Shown here piece by piece: positions 19,129-29,072 of a stretch of 64,000 nucleotides of DNA. Where the stretch lies: the NCBI GenBank assembly GCA_041891055.1, contig CP169074.1:1088001-1152000 (forward strand). Reading direction: 5' to 3'. Position numbers and translations under genes: made by a program. Position 1 is the first letter of the stretch, and each line of letters begins with the position of its first letter. This DNA is from Halorutilales archaeon Cl-col2-1. Lineage in GTDB: Archaea > Halobacteriota > Halobacteria > Halobacteriales > Afararchaeaceae. Under the pieces are notes generated by a model that was given only the letters and a program-made list of their open reading frames with translations, made no database searches and was not told the DNA's origin.

Positions 19129-20444
19129 CTTTCTGTCTCGGATTCGGATTCGGCTTCGAGAGCGTCTCTGAGTATCTCCTTCGCCGACCCGAAGAGTTCT
19201 TCGGCGTCGTCCTCGTCACCTGACTCGGCGTTGAGACGTATCAGAGGCTCGGTACCGCTCGGGCGTATAAGGAACCAGCCCTTGTCGGTCTCGACACGCA
19301 CGCCGTCTATGTCGGTGTAGTCGCCGTACTCCGCCTCGGCGATCTCAGAGACCCTCGACATTACATCGTCCTTCGAGTCGTCGGGGCAGTCGTAGTTAGT
19401 CCTGCGGACGGTATATGTCGGAAGAGAGTCGGAAAGCTCGGAGAGCGACTCTCCTGAGTCAGACACGAGATCGACGAGCTTCGCGGCGGCAAGAACGCCG
19501 TCGGGGCAGTAGGTCTCGTCGGGGAAGATCCAAGAGCACGACGGCTCGCCCCCGAAGTCGCCGCCGGTCTCCTTTAGCTTCTGTGCGACGTGGACGTCTC
19601 CGACCTGTGTCCTCACGACGTCTGCGACCTCGTCTACTACGAGACTCGTGTTGAGGGGAGCTACAACTGTGTCGGCGTCCTCGTTCCGCGCGAAGAGTGC
19701 CATCAGACGGTCGGGCTCGACGTACTCCCCGTTCTCGTCGACAGCAGCCATCCTGTCGCCGTCTCCGTCGTGTGCGACACCTACGTCGGCGTCGGTAGAC
19801 TCGACAGCAGTCTGGAGGTCTTCGAGGTTCTCGGCTGTGGGCTCGGGGAGACGCGCGGGGAAGTTGCCGTCGTACTGGCAGTTGAGTGTGACGACCTCAC
19901 ATCCCATCCGTCTCAGGACGTGGGGTGTTATCCACGACGCCGCGCCACATCCCCCGTCGACGACGACCTTGAGACCCGATTCGCCGACAGATTCGAGGAC
20001 TTCGTCGGCGTGTCTTTCGAGTGCGCCGTCTATCTCCTCGGAGTCTCCGAACTCCGTCGGGTCAACAGGCGAAAGATCCGACTCAACGAGTTCCTCAACC
20101 CTCTGTCTCTGATCGACGTCGTAAGCTGTTCCGTCGGAGTTCCACGGCTTGAATCCATTATACTCGGGCGGATTGTGGCTAGCGGTTATCACGATTCCGC
20201 TGTCACGTGTGAGACGCGCAGTCGTGGGCGTCGTGGCGACTCCGAGGCGACGGACGTCGGCACCCTGTGACAGCACACCCGCGACGACCGCGTCTTCGAG
20301 AGCCTTTCCCGTGACGCGCGTGTCACGTCCCACAGTGACCTCGTCGGCGTCCCTGCCGACTGCCGCGCCTATCTCCAAGCCTAGCTCGGGAGTTATCTCG
20401 TCTCCGACTACTCCCCTGACGCCGCTCGTTCCAAACAGACCCAT
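19125..20444 (-). CDS. glmM: Phosphohexomutase (phosphoglucosamine/phosphomannomutase)
   Basis: LFGTSGVRG, ITASHNP, DGDGDR, GGEPS, RPSGTEP motifs. Confidence 0.88.
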   Translation of the reverse strand: MGLFGTSGVRGVVGDEITPELGLEIGAAVGRDADEVTVGRDTRVTGKALEDAVVAGVLSQGADVRRLGVATTPTTARLTRDSGIVITASHNPPEYNGFKPWNSDGTAYDVDQRQRVEELVESDLSPVDPTEFGDSEEIDGALERHADEVLESVGESGLKVVVDGGCGAASWITPHVLRRMGCEVVTLNCQYDGNFPARLPEPTAENLEDLQTAVESTDADVGVAHDGDGDRMAAVDENGEYVEPDRLMALFARNEDADTVVAPLNTSLVVDEVADVVRTQVGDVHVAQKLKETGGDFGGEPSCSWIFPDETYCPDGVLAAAKLVDLVSDSGESLSELSDSLPTYTVRRTNYDCPDDSKDDVMSRVSEIAEAEYGDYTDIDGVRVETDKGWFLIRPSGTEPLIRLNAESGDEDDAEELFGSAKEILRDALEAESESETER

Positions 20445-20529
20445 GGCTTAGAGTAGCCTCATGGACACTTGAAGCTTTAGAGATGTCAGAGCCAGAAACA
20501 TCAGGCTTATAACCAATCTCGTCCACCTA

Positions 20530-20562
20530 TTCAGATATGAGACGTGTTTCAGTACTGAGACG
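20530..20562. promoter_or_regulatory. Tandem imperfect palindromes TTCAGATATGAGACG / TTCAGTACTGAGACG upstream of gch3 (putative operator)
   Basis: Two 15-mers 18 bp apart, 12/15 identical, each TCA-N4-TGA; downstream of TATA-like CTTATAA at 20507. Confidence 0.5.
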
Positions 20563-20589
20563 CAAAATGCCCCCATCTGACTCTCAACT

Positions 20590-21333
20590 ATGGTACAGAT
20601 AACACTCATACAGATAGACAACTACGGACCCTGGACTGTCACCCCGGAGCCGAGGAGAGAGACGGATCTCCAGACACTCCAGTCACGTCTCTTCGCCGAT
20701 CTCTCACAGACCTTCGGAAGCTATGGCTGTCTCGTCTTTTTCACGCGTTTCGACAACATGATAGCCGTCACCAACGGGATGGACGTCGACGACCATCTCA
20801 GGGTGCAGGATTCGATCTCAAACCGGTACCCAGTCACGGTCTCGATGAGCATTGGCTGTCGCGACACGCCGAGAGATGCTCTCTTAGACGCGACAGAGGG
20901 TCTTCAGACTGCTGGAAGTGCCCAGGACGAGAAGAGACAGGAGGAGCTACTCGGAGGAGAGGCTTGTGAGATAGGCGACACCGCACAGATCGCACATTTC
21001 GACGTCAACGACGCCACCGAGAAGTACACCGACGAGCTCAACGCATTCGACACCTTCATACATATAGAGAGAGGCTACGCGTCGCTGATGGAGTATATGT
21101 GGAACGGGGAGTCGTCGGCGTCGTTCTTCGTCGGCGGAGACAACGTCATAAGCGTGACTCCCGAGATAGGTGAGAACGCACTCTTAGGAGCGATAGAACA
21201 CGTCGAGAACGAGGCGGAGGTCGAGTTAAAGGTCGGTGCGGGACGCTCTGAGACTCCCGAGGAGGCGAGCATGGACGCCAAGATTGGGCTCGAAGACTGC
21301 CGCGAGAACGGTGACCGCGTAGTGATTCTCTGA
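20590..21333 (+). CDS. gch3: GTP cyclohydrolase III
   Basis: QIDNYGPWT, RE.DLQ.LQ, RFDN, HFDVND, FVGGDN motifs. Confidence 0.95.
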   Translation: MVQITLIQIDNYGPWTVTPEPRRETDLQTLQSRLFADLSQTFGSYGCLVFFTRFDNMIAVTNGMDVDDHLRVQDSISNRYPVTVSMSIGCRDTPRDALLDATEGLQTAGSAQDEKRQEELLGGEACEIGDTAQIAHFDVNDATEKYTDELNAFDTFIHIERGYASLMEYMWNGESSASFFVGGDNVISVTPEIGENALLGAIEHVENEAEVELKVGAGRSETPEEASMDAKIGLEDCRENGDRVVIL

Positions 21334-21375
21334 CCCAACCCCTAACTCTATCTGTCTGAACTGCCTCTTACACTC

Positions 21376-22716
21376 ATGCCTCAGAGACCCAGACGCGCCG
21401 TGATAATGGGAGCGGCGGGACGTGACTTCCACGACTTCAACGTCTTCTTCCGCGGAAACGACGAGTACGAGGTAGTCGCGTTCACAGCCGAACAGATACC
21501 CGATATAGAGGGTCGGGAGTATCCCGAAGATCTCGCGGGTGACCTCTACGACGAGCCTATTCCTATAGAGCCCGCCGACGACCTCGAAGAGATAATTCAG
21601 GAGAGGGACGTCGACGACGTCTTCCTGTCGTACTCAGACCTCTCACACGAGTACGTGATGCATCAGGCTTCGCGGTCTCTCGCGTCGGGTGCATCTTTCA
21701 GTATCTTGGGACCCGACGACGTACAGATCGAGACCGACATACCGGTTCTCTCTGTCTGTGCGGTCAGGACGGGATGCGGAAAGTCACAGACTACACGTGA
21801 GATAACGCGTCTTCTCAGAGACCTTGGCTACGACGTCGGTGTCGTGAGACATCCGATGCCCTACGGCGATCTCTCCAAACAGAGGGTGCAGAAGTTCGCG
21901 GATTACTCCGACCTCGAGGAGTACGAGACTACCCTCGAGGAGAGAGAGGAGTACGAACACCACATAGAAGACGGCAACGTCGTCTACGCCGGCGTCGACT
22001 ACGAGGCTATACTCGAACGCGCTGAGGAAGACTCGGATCTTATCGTCTGGGACGGTGGCAACAACGACATTCCATTCTTCGAGACCGATCTACACGTGGT
22101 TCTCACCGATCCGTTACGTCTCGGCGACGAGACTCGGTACCATCCGGGTGAGACCAACCTGCGTATGGCAGACTACGTTCTCGTGAACAAGATAGACACA
22201 GCGAGCGGCGACGCCGTGAGGAGCCTGAGGCAGAATATCTACGAGACCAACCCCGATGCGCGTCTCTTTGAAGCAGCATCACCCATTTCTGTCGAGGATT
22301 ACGAGGATCTGAGAGGTAAGAGAGTTCTCGTCGTCGAGGACGGCCCGACGGTCACACACGGCGGAATGAGGTACGGCGCCGGGTACGTCGGAGCACGTAA
22401 GTACGGTGCCGAGCCCGTCGACCCCTCGGAGTACGCCGTCGGAAGCTTAGCCGATGTCCTCGAAGAGTACGACCTGAGAGATGTCGTCCCTGCTATGGGT
22501 TACTCCGAGTCACAGCTTGAGGATCTCGAAGAGACCATCAGGCGTGCGACTTCGGACATCGACGGCGTGGTTCTCGGGGCTCCTATTGACCTCGGAAGTC
22601 TCATAGATATAGACTCGCGTGTCCACACGACGAGATACGACCTCGAAACTGTCGGAAATCCGAACCTCGAAGACGTCGTCGAGGGGTTTGTCGAGGAGTA
22701 CGTCAGCGTGACATAG
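21376..22716 (+). CDS. arcE: Arginine synthetase (ArcE)-like P-loop NTPase, often annotated as cyclic 2,3-diphosphoglycerate synthase/GTPase
   Basis: IMGAAGRDFHDFN..F, FTA.QIP.I.GR.YP..LAG.LY, RTGCGKSQT Walker A, RHPMPYGDL, EEREEYE, WDGGNND, EDGPT.THG, PAMGY. Confidence 0.75.
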   Translation: MPQRPRRAVIMGAAGRDFHDFNVFFRGNDEYEVVAFTAEQIPDIEGREYPEDLAGDLYDEPIPIEPADDLEEIIQERDVDDVFLSYSDLSHEYVMHQASRSLASGASFSILGPDDVQIETDIPVLSVCAVRTGCGKSQTTREITRLLRDLGYDVGVVRHPMPYGDLSKQRVQKFADYSDLEEYETTLEEREEYEHHIEDGNVVYAGVDYEAILERAEEDSDLIVWDGGNNDIPFFETDLHVVLTDPLRLGDETRYHPGETNLRMADYVLVNKIDTASGDAVRSLRQNIYETNPDARLFEAASPISVEDYEDLRGKRVLVVEDGPTVTHGGMRYGAGYVGARKYGAEPVDPSEYAVGSLADVLEEYDLRDVVPAMGYSESQLEDLEETIRRATSDIDGVVLGAPIDLGSLIDIDSRVHTTRYDLETVGNPNLEDVVEGFVEEYVSVT

Positions 22717-22764
22717 GACTGGTCGGAGTCTGGGTTTGATATGCCGTCGACTCATAGACGTGGT

Positions 22765-24894
22765 ATGTCCAACTCAGACCCAAACCCAAACTCGAACTCC
22801 GACTCGTACACCGACACCAACCGTCTCGGTGACGAGAAGAGCCCGTATCTCCAGCAGCACGCCGACAACCCCGTGAACTGGCAGCCATGGGACGACGAGG
22901 CACTCGAAGAGGCGAGAGAACGCGATGTCCCGATCTTCGTCTCGATAGGTTACAGCTCGTGCCACTGGTGTCACGTGATGGAGGAGGAGTCTTTCGAGGA
23001 CGACGAGGTCGCCGAGGCTCTCAACGAGAACTTCGTGCCGATCAAGGTCGACAGGGAGGAGCGTCCCGACATCGACCGTATCTACCAGACGACGTGCCAG
23101 ATAGTCGCGGGTGGCGGCGGCTGGCCCCTCTCGGTCTGGCTCACGCCTGACCAGCGCCCTTTTTACATAGGCACCTACTTCCCGAAGAATCCGAAGAGGG
23201 GACAGAACGGCTTTCTGAACCTACTCGGAAAGCTCGCGGACGACTGGGAGAACGACAGGCAGAAGATCGAGGAACGCGCCGACAAATGGACGCGTGCCGT
23301 TAAGGGCGAGCTAGAGCTTTCGGAGTCGGAGGAAACCGAATCCGGAGAAGCCGACTTCGACGGGGTTCTCGAAGACGGAGTCCAACAAGCCGTGAGAAGC
23401 GCGGACAGAAAGTACGGCGGCTTCGGAGACTCGGGACCCAAGTTCCCCACACCTCCACGTTACCGTCTCCTCGTGTCGGCGTACGACCAAACAGGAAGAT
23501 CGGCTCTCAAGGTCGCAGTCGAGAGCCTCGACGCGATGGCGAACGGGGGTCTCTACGACCACGTAGGCGGCGGCTTCCACAGATACGTCACCGACAGGGA
23601 GTGGGTGGTTCCCCATTTCGAGAAGATGCTCTATGACAACGCCGAGATTCCACGTCTCTTCCTCGACGCCTACAGGGTTACGGGAAAGGAGAGGTACGCC
23701 GATGTAGTCGAGGAGACATTCGACTTCGTCGAGAGGGAGATGACATCGCCCGAGGGGGGCTTCTACTCGACACTCGACGCAAGGAGCGAGGGCGAGGAGG
23801 GCAAGTTCTATACTTGGACAGCCGACGAGGTCGACGACGTACTCTCGGAAGACGAAGCCAAACTCTTCCGTGAGAGGTACGGGGTGACCGAGAGCGGCAA
23901 CTTCGAGGGGAGTAACGTCCTGACTGTCTCGAACTCCTTCGACGAGATCGCCGACGAAGTCGGCATGGGAGTCGAAGAGGTAGAGAGGCTACTCGAAGAC
24001 GCGAAGGCGAAGGTCTTCGAGGCGCGCGAGGAGAGGGTGAGACCCGACAGGGACGACAAGATACTCGCGGGATGGAACGGTCTGATGGTCTCGGCACTCG
24101 CGAACTCGACGTGTCTCGACGGCTCGGAGGATTATATACGGATAGCCGACGACGCCCTCGGATTCGTGCGCGAGAACCTCTGGGACAGCGAGACACTTTA
24201 CAGAAGATACAAGGACGGCGACGTCGCCGTCGAGGGCTACCTGGAGGACTACGCCTTCGTCGCGAGGGGGGCACTCGACCTCTACGAAGCCACAGGCGAC
24301 CTCGACCACCTCGTATTCTCGCTCGAACTCGCGCGCCGCATAAGAAACGAGTTCTGGGACGCCGACGACTCGACTGTCTACTTCACCTCCGAGACGGGTG
24401 AGAGCCTCGTAGCGCGTCCACAGGAGATAAACGACTCGTCGACGCCTTCGAGTCTCGGGGTGACAGTCGATCTCCTTCTCTCTCTCTCGGGATTCGACCC
24501 CGACTTCGAGGAGATAGCCGAGGCGGTGCTCACGACACACGCCGAGACGGTGAAGTCGAACCCTCTCGGCTATCCATCGCTCGCTCTCGCCGCCGACCAT
24601 TACACGAGAGGCTCGTCGGAGATCACCCTCGCGGGAGACGAAGAGACTGTCGCCGACTGGATCGACGAGATAGGTGACATCTACATACCCCACCTCCTAG
24701 TCACGAGACGCCCCAACGATGCCGAGTATGCGGCGGATAGACTCGGGCTCGAAGACGTGCCTCCCGTCTGGAAGGGGAGAGGAACCGAAGACGGAGACGC
24801 GAGGCTGTACGCTTGCAGAGGATTCACGTGTTCACGTCCTCTCTCCGAGGTCGATGAGGCTGTCGACTGGCTGGAGGACAAACGTAACTCCTAA
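22765..24894 (+). CDS. Thioredoxin-domain / six-hairpin glycosidase-like protein (YyaL/SPATA20 family)
   Basis: [43 protein letters not shown] motifs. Confidence 0.92.
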   Translation: MSNSDPNPNSNSDSYTDTNRLGDEKSPYLQQHADNPVNWQPWDDEALEEARERDVPIFVSIGYSSCHWCHVMEEESFEDDEVAEALNENFVPIKVDREERPDIDRIYQTTCQIVAGGGGWPLSVWLTPDQRPFYIGTYFPKNPKRGQNGFLNLLGKLADDWENDRQKIEERADKWTRAVKGELELSESEETESGEADFDGVLEDGVQQAVRSADRKYGGFGDSGPKFPTPPRYRLLVSAYDQTGRSALKVAVESLDAMANGGLYDHVGGGFHRYVTDREWVVPHFEKMLYDNAEIPRLFLDAYRVTGKERYADVVEETFDFVEREMTSPEGGFYSTLDARSEGEEGKFYTWTADEVDDVLSEDEAKLFRERYGVTESGNFEGSNVLTVSNSFDEIADEVGMGVEEVERLLEDAKAKVFEAREERVRPDRDDKILAGWNGLMVSALANSTCLDGSEDYIRIADDALGFVRENLWDSETLYRRYKDGDVAVEGYLEDYAFVARGALDLYEATGDLDHLVFSLELARRIRNEFWDADDSTVYFTSETGESLVARPQEINDSSTPSSLGVTVDLLLSLSGFDPDFEEIAEAVLTTHAETVKSNPLGYPSLALAADHYTRGSSEITLAGDEETVADWIDEIGDIYIPHLLVTRRPNDAEYAADRLGLEDVPPVWKGRGTEDGDARLYACRGFTCSRPLSEVDEAVDWLEDKRNS

Positions 24895-24920
24895 TAAGAC
24901 GAATCCGGTACTTCGGGTAA

Positions 24921-25006
24921 GGTGAGGTGACAGAGCCTGGCCGATCGTGCCGGTCTTGAAAACCGGTAGGCGCAACGCCTCAGGGGTTCAAATCCCCTCC
25001 TCACCG
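24921..25006 (+). tRNA. tRNA-Ser (anticodon UGA)
   Basis: GGTGAGG/CCTCACC acceptor stem, CCGGT-CTTGAAA-ACCGG anticodon arm, long variable arm AGGCG-CAA-CGCCT, GGTTCAAATCC T arm. Confidence 0.95.
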
Positions 25007-25074
25007 TATTACTGATCCGTGAGGTTTGAACCAGGGAAGGAACTGACCGTGGTTCAAATCCCCTCCTCACCGTA
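24985..25074 (+). repeat. 24-bp direct repeat of the tRNA-Ser 3' end (24985-25008 and 25051-25074) flanking a 42-bp spacer that holds an inverted T-loop copy
   Basis: GGTTCAAATCCCCTCCTCACCGTA occurs twice; TTTGAACCA (25025-25033) is complementary to TGGTTCAAA (25050-25058). Confidence 0.9.
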
Positions 25075-25149
25075 ATTTGAGTCTTCTACGCTGACGCTGT
25101 GAGCGACCCATCAAAGAGTTTACTTGAGACTTCTGACGTATCTTGTGTA

Positions 25150-27336
25150 ATGGATGGCGAGGGTGCTTCGAGGAGCTACTCTACACATCTAGCTGCGGGA
25201 GTCGTAGGAACCGTAGGTCTCTACCTTATTGAGGCACGCAACTACCTTCTTTTCCACAGCCTCGTCGAGGTATTCAGCATACTCGTGGCGTTCGCCGTCT
25301 TCGTAATCGCGTGGAACACGCGCGAGAACCTCGAAAACCCCTTCTTAGGCGTGATCGGTGTGGGTTATCTCTTCGTGGGCGGAGTCGACCTGTTACACAC
25401 GCTCGCCTACAAGGGAATGGGAGTCTTCCCCGAGGCGGGTGCCGATCTCCCGACACAGCTCTGGATACTCGGGCGGTATCTCGAATCCGTCTCTCTCGTG
25501 GGAGCAAGTCTGGTAGGTTCTGCGCCTTTCCTCAGACTCAGATCCGAGCCGTATGACCCGTCTCTCAGACGTCTCGTGGCTGTCTACGCCGTAGTCGTAG
25601 GTTTAGGTCTCTTCTCAGTACTTGGCTCCGACATCTTCCCGGCGGCGTATATCGAGGGAGAGGGTCTGACACGGTTCAAGATACTCAGTGAGTACGTCAT
25701 CATAGGGCTTCTGGTAGTCGCAGTCGTACTCCTCCATTCGGGAAGGGAGAGACACGACGAGACCCTGTTCAGACTACTCGTAGCGGGAATCGTACTCAGT
25801 ATCGGCTCCGAGATGGCGTTCACACTCTACGTTGGTGTCTACGACATCTCGAACGCAGTCGGACATTTCCTCAAGTTCGGGTCTTTCTACCTCGTCTACC
25901 TCGCCGTGGTCAAGAACGGTCTCACCGATCCTCAGAGGACAGTTTACAGGAGACTCGCACGGAGAGAAGAAGAGGCACGTAAGTTCAAGAAGGCTGTCGA
26001 ACACTCGGGGCACTCGGTTCTGATAGCCGACGACGACGGCGAGATAGAGTACGTCAACCCCGCCTTCGAGAGACTCACGGGGTACGACGAGGACGAAGTC
26101 GTCGGCAGGACGCCTCGTCTCCTCAGGTCAGAAGAACACGACGACGAGTTCTACGAGAGGATGTGGGAGACGATACGGTCGGGTGAAGTCTGGGAGAACC
26201 AGATTACCAACACGAGAAAGAACGGAGAGAAGTACGTCGCTAGCCAGACTATCGCTCCGATTACTTACGACGGCGAGATACGCAGCTTCGTCGAGGTCAC
26301 TAAGGACATCTCGGAGATCAAGAGACAGGAACAGGAAGTTCTCAACAGGTACGAGGCTCTCTTCAACAGCATAGGTGACGCAATACTCGTCTCAGACACC
26401 CAGAGACACGTGGTGAACGCCAACCCGGCTTTCACGGATCTCTTCGGGTACGACCTCGAAGAGATAGAGGGAGAGTCGTCACGTCTCATATACGAAAACG
26501 ACGACGAGTTCGATCAGGTAGGCGAGGCGATACGCAACGAAGATTCGGGCCGTCTGACACGAACCGTGGAGTACCGAAAGAAGTCGGGGCAGAGCTTCCC
26601 GGGTGAGACCACAGTCTTCGAGATCGAGAACGCCGACGGCGAAGTTGCGGGTCTCATCAGTCTGATAACTGACGTCTCCGACCGTGAGAACCGTATCCAT
26701 CAGATACGTGTACTCGACCGGGTTCTACGCCACAACCTCAGGAACGACATGAACGTGATACGTGGACACGCAGAGCTCATACGTGAGAAGGGAGACGGGG
26801 ACGTCACCGACGACGCCGACAAGATCGTAAGCACGGGCGAGAAGCTCCTCGAAACCGTCTCGAAGGAACACGAGATAACTCGGTTTCTGTCGGAGTCGCC
26901 CCCGGTCGAAACGGTGGATATCTCTGAGACAGCCGAGTCAGCAGCCGAGGAGGCAAGGGAGAGATATCCCGACGCCGACGTCTCAGTTGACGCACCCGAG
27001 GACTGTGAGGTACGTGCGACACCCCATATATACGAAGCAGTCTGGGAGCTAGTCGAGAACGCCGTAGTCCACTCCGGGACAGAGTCTACTTCGGTTAGGA
27101 TAGAAGTGGAGGAAGGAGAGGCGACGGTAAGCCTCTCGGTTTCGGACGACGGTTCGGAGATTCCCGAGATGGAGAAAGACGTCGTTAGGGAGATGGAGAC
27201 AGATCCCCTATACCACGGGAGCGGTCTCGGACTCTGGCTAGTCAGCCTGATAGTCAGGGAGTCAGACGGTGTCCTGGAGTTCGGTGAGAGTAGCATGGGC
27301 GGCAGCTCCGTAGTCATAAATCTCCCCAAGCCATGA
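25150..27336 (+). CDS. Membrane sensor histidine kinase (MASE3 + 2 PAS + HisKA/HATPase)
   Basis: YLLFHSLVE/DLLHTLAYKGMGVF MASE3 motifs, two N.AF..L.GY PAS repeats, LRHNLRN H-box, ENAVVH, GSGLGL; start 25150 or 25099. Confidence 0.9.
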   Translation: MDGEGASRSYSTHLAAGVVGTVGLYLIEARNYLLFHSLVEVFSILVAFAVFVIAWNTRENLENPFLGVIGVGYLFVGGVDLLHTLAYKGMGVFPEAGADLPTQLWILGRYLESVSLVGASLVGSAPFLRLRSEPYDPSLRRLVAVYAVVVGLGLFSVLGSDIFPAAYIEGEGLTRFKILSEYVIIGLLVVAVVLLHSGRERHDETLFRLLVAGIVLSIGSEMAFTLYVGVYDISNAVGHFLKFGSFYLVYLAVVKNGLTDPQRTVYRRLARREEEARKFKKAVEHSGHSVLIADDDGEIEYVNPAFERLTGYDEDEVVGRTPRLLRSEEHDDEFYERMWETIRSGEVWENQITNTRKNGEKYVASQTIAPITYDGEIRSFVEVTKDISEIKRQEQEVLNRYEALFNSIGDAILVSDTQRHVVNANPAFTDLFGYDLEEIEGESSRLIYENDDEFDQVGEAIRNEDSGRLTRTVEYRKKSGQSFPGETTVFEIENADGEVAGLISLITDVSDRENRIHQIRVLDRVLRHNLRNDMNVIRGHAELIREKGDGDVTDDADKIVSTGEKLLETVSKEHEITRFLSESPPVETVDISETAESAAEEARERYPDADVSVDAPEDCEVRATPHIYEAVWELVENAVVHSGTESTSVRIEVEEGEATVSLSVSDDGSEIPEMEKDVVREMETDPLYHGSGLGLWLVSLIVRESDGVLEFGESSMGGSSVVINLPKP

Positions 27337-27413
27337 GACGACTGAGACTATCCATCGCATAGCATAGCCATCGAAGGCTTAAACCCCGGCTACACCATAG
27401 TACCGTCGAGGAG

Positions 27414-27746
27414 ATGGACTGGATTCAGAAGCTTGAGGAAGAGGGCGAGATCACTTCCGAGATACTCGACGAGATAGTACGTGAACACGGCGACAGGGGA
27501 AGACACGCAGTCGAGGCGGTCTCCGAGGGACGCGTGAAGGAGTACCGCGACTTCACAGTCGTCGTCGGCAAGGGAGACGAGTACATAGTCGAGGACGAGT
27601 CGTGTATGTGTAAGGACTACGAGTACAACCTCGACGTCGACGAGGGAGAGAAGTGCTGGCATATCATCGCCGTCGAGATAGCCGAGGCACTCGACGAGGT
27701 CGACGAACACGACATGTGGTACTCCGAGGTGCGCGAGCTAATCTGA
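27414..27746 (+). CDS. SWIM zinc-finger protein
   Basis: C.C.D...CWH SWIM motif; YRDFTVVVG typical of haloarchaeal members. Confidence 0.85.
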   Translation: MDWIQKLEEEGEITSEILDEIVREHGDRGRHAVEAVSEGRVKEYRDFTVVVGKGDEYIVEDESCMCKDYEYNLDVDEGEKCWHIIAVEIAEALDEVDEHDMWYSEVRELI

Positions 27747-27793
27747 GATTTCGTGTCCCTGAGTATAAGTGAGAGGGGCACGAAGACGTCGCC

Positions 27794-29041
27794 ATGGAGT
27801 ACACCGACTACGTCGACGAGGGTTATAGCCCCGACGACTCCGAACTCGTCTGCCGTTATCACGTCGAGCCACACGAAGGTGTGGAGTTCAGACGCGTCGC
27901 GGGTGGGGTAGCGGCGGAGTCGTCTGTGGGTACGTGGGATCCCGACCTCAAGACTATGACAGAAGGAATCGAGGACCTCGCGGCGACGGTCTTCGAACTC
28001 GACGCCGACGCGAACGAGATAGGCGTCGCCTACACGACAGAGGTCTTCGAACCGTCGAGCCTGCCTCAGCTACTCTCGTCGATAACCGGAAACATATTCG
28101 GTCTCGAGGAGATACGACATCTCAGACTCGAAGACGTCGACTTCTCCGAGAGTTTCGTCGAGAGCTTCGAGGGTCCCGAACTCGGTGTAGAAGAGATCAA
28201 GTCGAGAGTCGGTGCCGACGACAGACCCCTGTGTGGTACGATAGTCAAGCCGAAGCTCGGTCTCCGGTCAGACGAACACGCCGATGTCGCCTACGAAGCC
28301 TGGGTTGGAGGTCTCGACCTCGTGAAGGACGACGAGAACCTCACCGACATGGAGTTCAACCCGTTCTACGAAAGGGTCGAGGAGACACTCGAACGTAAAC
28401 GCGAAGCCGAGACCGAGACGGGCGACTCGAAGCTTTACTTCCCCAACATAACCGCACCCGTCTCGGAGATGAAGAGACGTGCCGACGCAGTCGTCGAAAA
28501 CGGCGGAAGCTACGTCATGATCGACATACTCACAGCGGGCTGGTCGGCTCTCCAGGAAATGAGGGAGTACCTCGACGACGGTATCGGAATACACGCCCAC
28601 CGCGCCCAGCACGCCGCTTACACACGTCTGCCGTACCACGGTATCTCGATGCTCTCGGTAGCCAAGTTCGCACGTCTCGCGGGGGTCGACAACCTCCACG
28701 CAGGAGCCGTCCTCGGGAAGATGGAGGCGGACGCCGACGAGATAAGAAGAATTTACGACTTTCTCAGAAACGACTGGTACGGTACTGAGAACGTCATACC
28801 CGTCGCGTCGGGAGGTCTCCATCCCGGAGTCGTCCCCGGTGTCGTCGAAGAGTTAGGTACCGACACCGTAGTACAGGCGGGAGGCGGCGTCCACGCACAT
28901 CCCGGCGGCACGAGATCCGGAGCGAGGGCTCTTAGGGACGCAGTCGACGCCGTAGCCGAGGGGGTCACGCTCGACGATAAGGCGGAGGAGAGTCCCGAAC
29001 TTGCCGAGGCGCTCGGGAAATGGGGGAAGCAGAAGACGTAA
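27794..29041 (+). CDS. rbcL: Ribulose-1,5-bisphosphate carboxylase, form III
   Basis: AAESSVGT, GNIFG, KPKLG, GLDLVKDDE, HAHRA, LHAG..LGKM, ASGGLH, QAGGG: all catalytic residues present. Confidence 0.95.
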   Translation: MEYTDYVDEGYSPDDSELVCRYHVEPHEGVEFRRVAGGVAAESSVGTWDPDLKTMTEGIEDLAATVFELDADANEIGVAYTTEVFEPSSLPQLLSSITGNIFGLEEIRHLRLEDVDFSESFVESFEGPELGVEEIKSRVGADDRPLCGTIVKPKLGLRSDEHADVAYEAWVGGLDLVKDDENLTDMEFNPFYERVEETLERKREAETETGDSKLYFPNITAPVSEMKRRADAVVENGGSYVMIDILTAGWSALQEMREYLDDGIGIHAHRAQHAAYTRLPYHGISMLSVAKFARLAGVDNLHAGAVLGKMEADADEIRRIYDFLRNDWYGTENVIPVASGGLHPGVVPGVVEELGTDTVVQAGGGVHAHPGGTRSGARALRDAVDAVAEGVTLDDKAEESPELAEALGKWGKQKT

Positions 29042-29072
29042 GGAAAAGGCGGGTCTACTCTGAGGAACCAAG

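Noticed and set aside
24985-25074. Possible CRISPR mini-array (24-bp repeats, 42-bp spacer) or second tRNA gene
   Set aside because: Only two units, the repeat is the tRNA 3' end, there are no cas genes, and the second copy lacks D and anticodon arms.
27352-27373. CATCG/CATAG pentamer repeats downstream of the histidine kinase
   Set aside because: Short, imperfect, single occurrence; no supportable function.
27794-29041. RuBisCO as evidence of Calvin-cycle autotrophy
   Set aside because: Form III next to AMP phosphorylase, with no phosphoribulokinase or small subunit in the window; points to nucleotide salvage.
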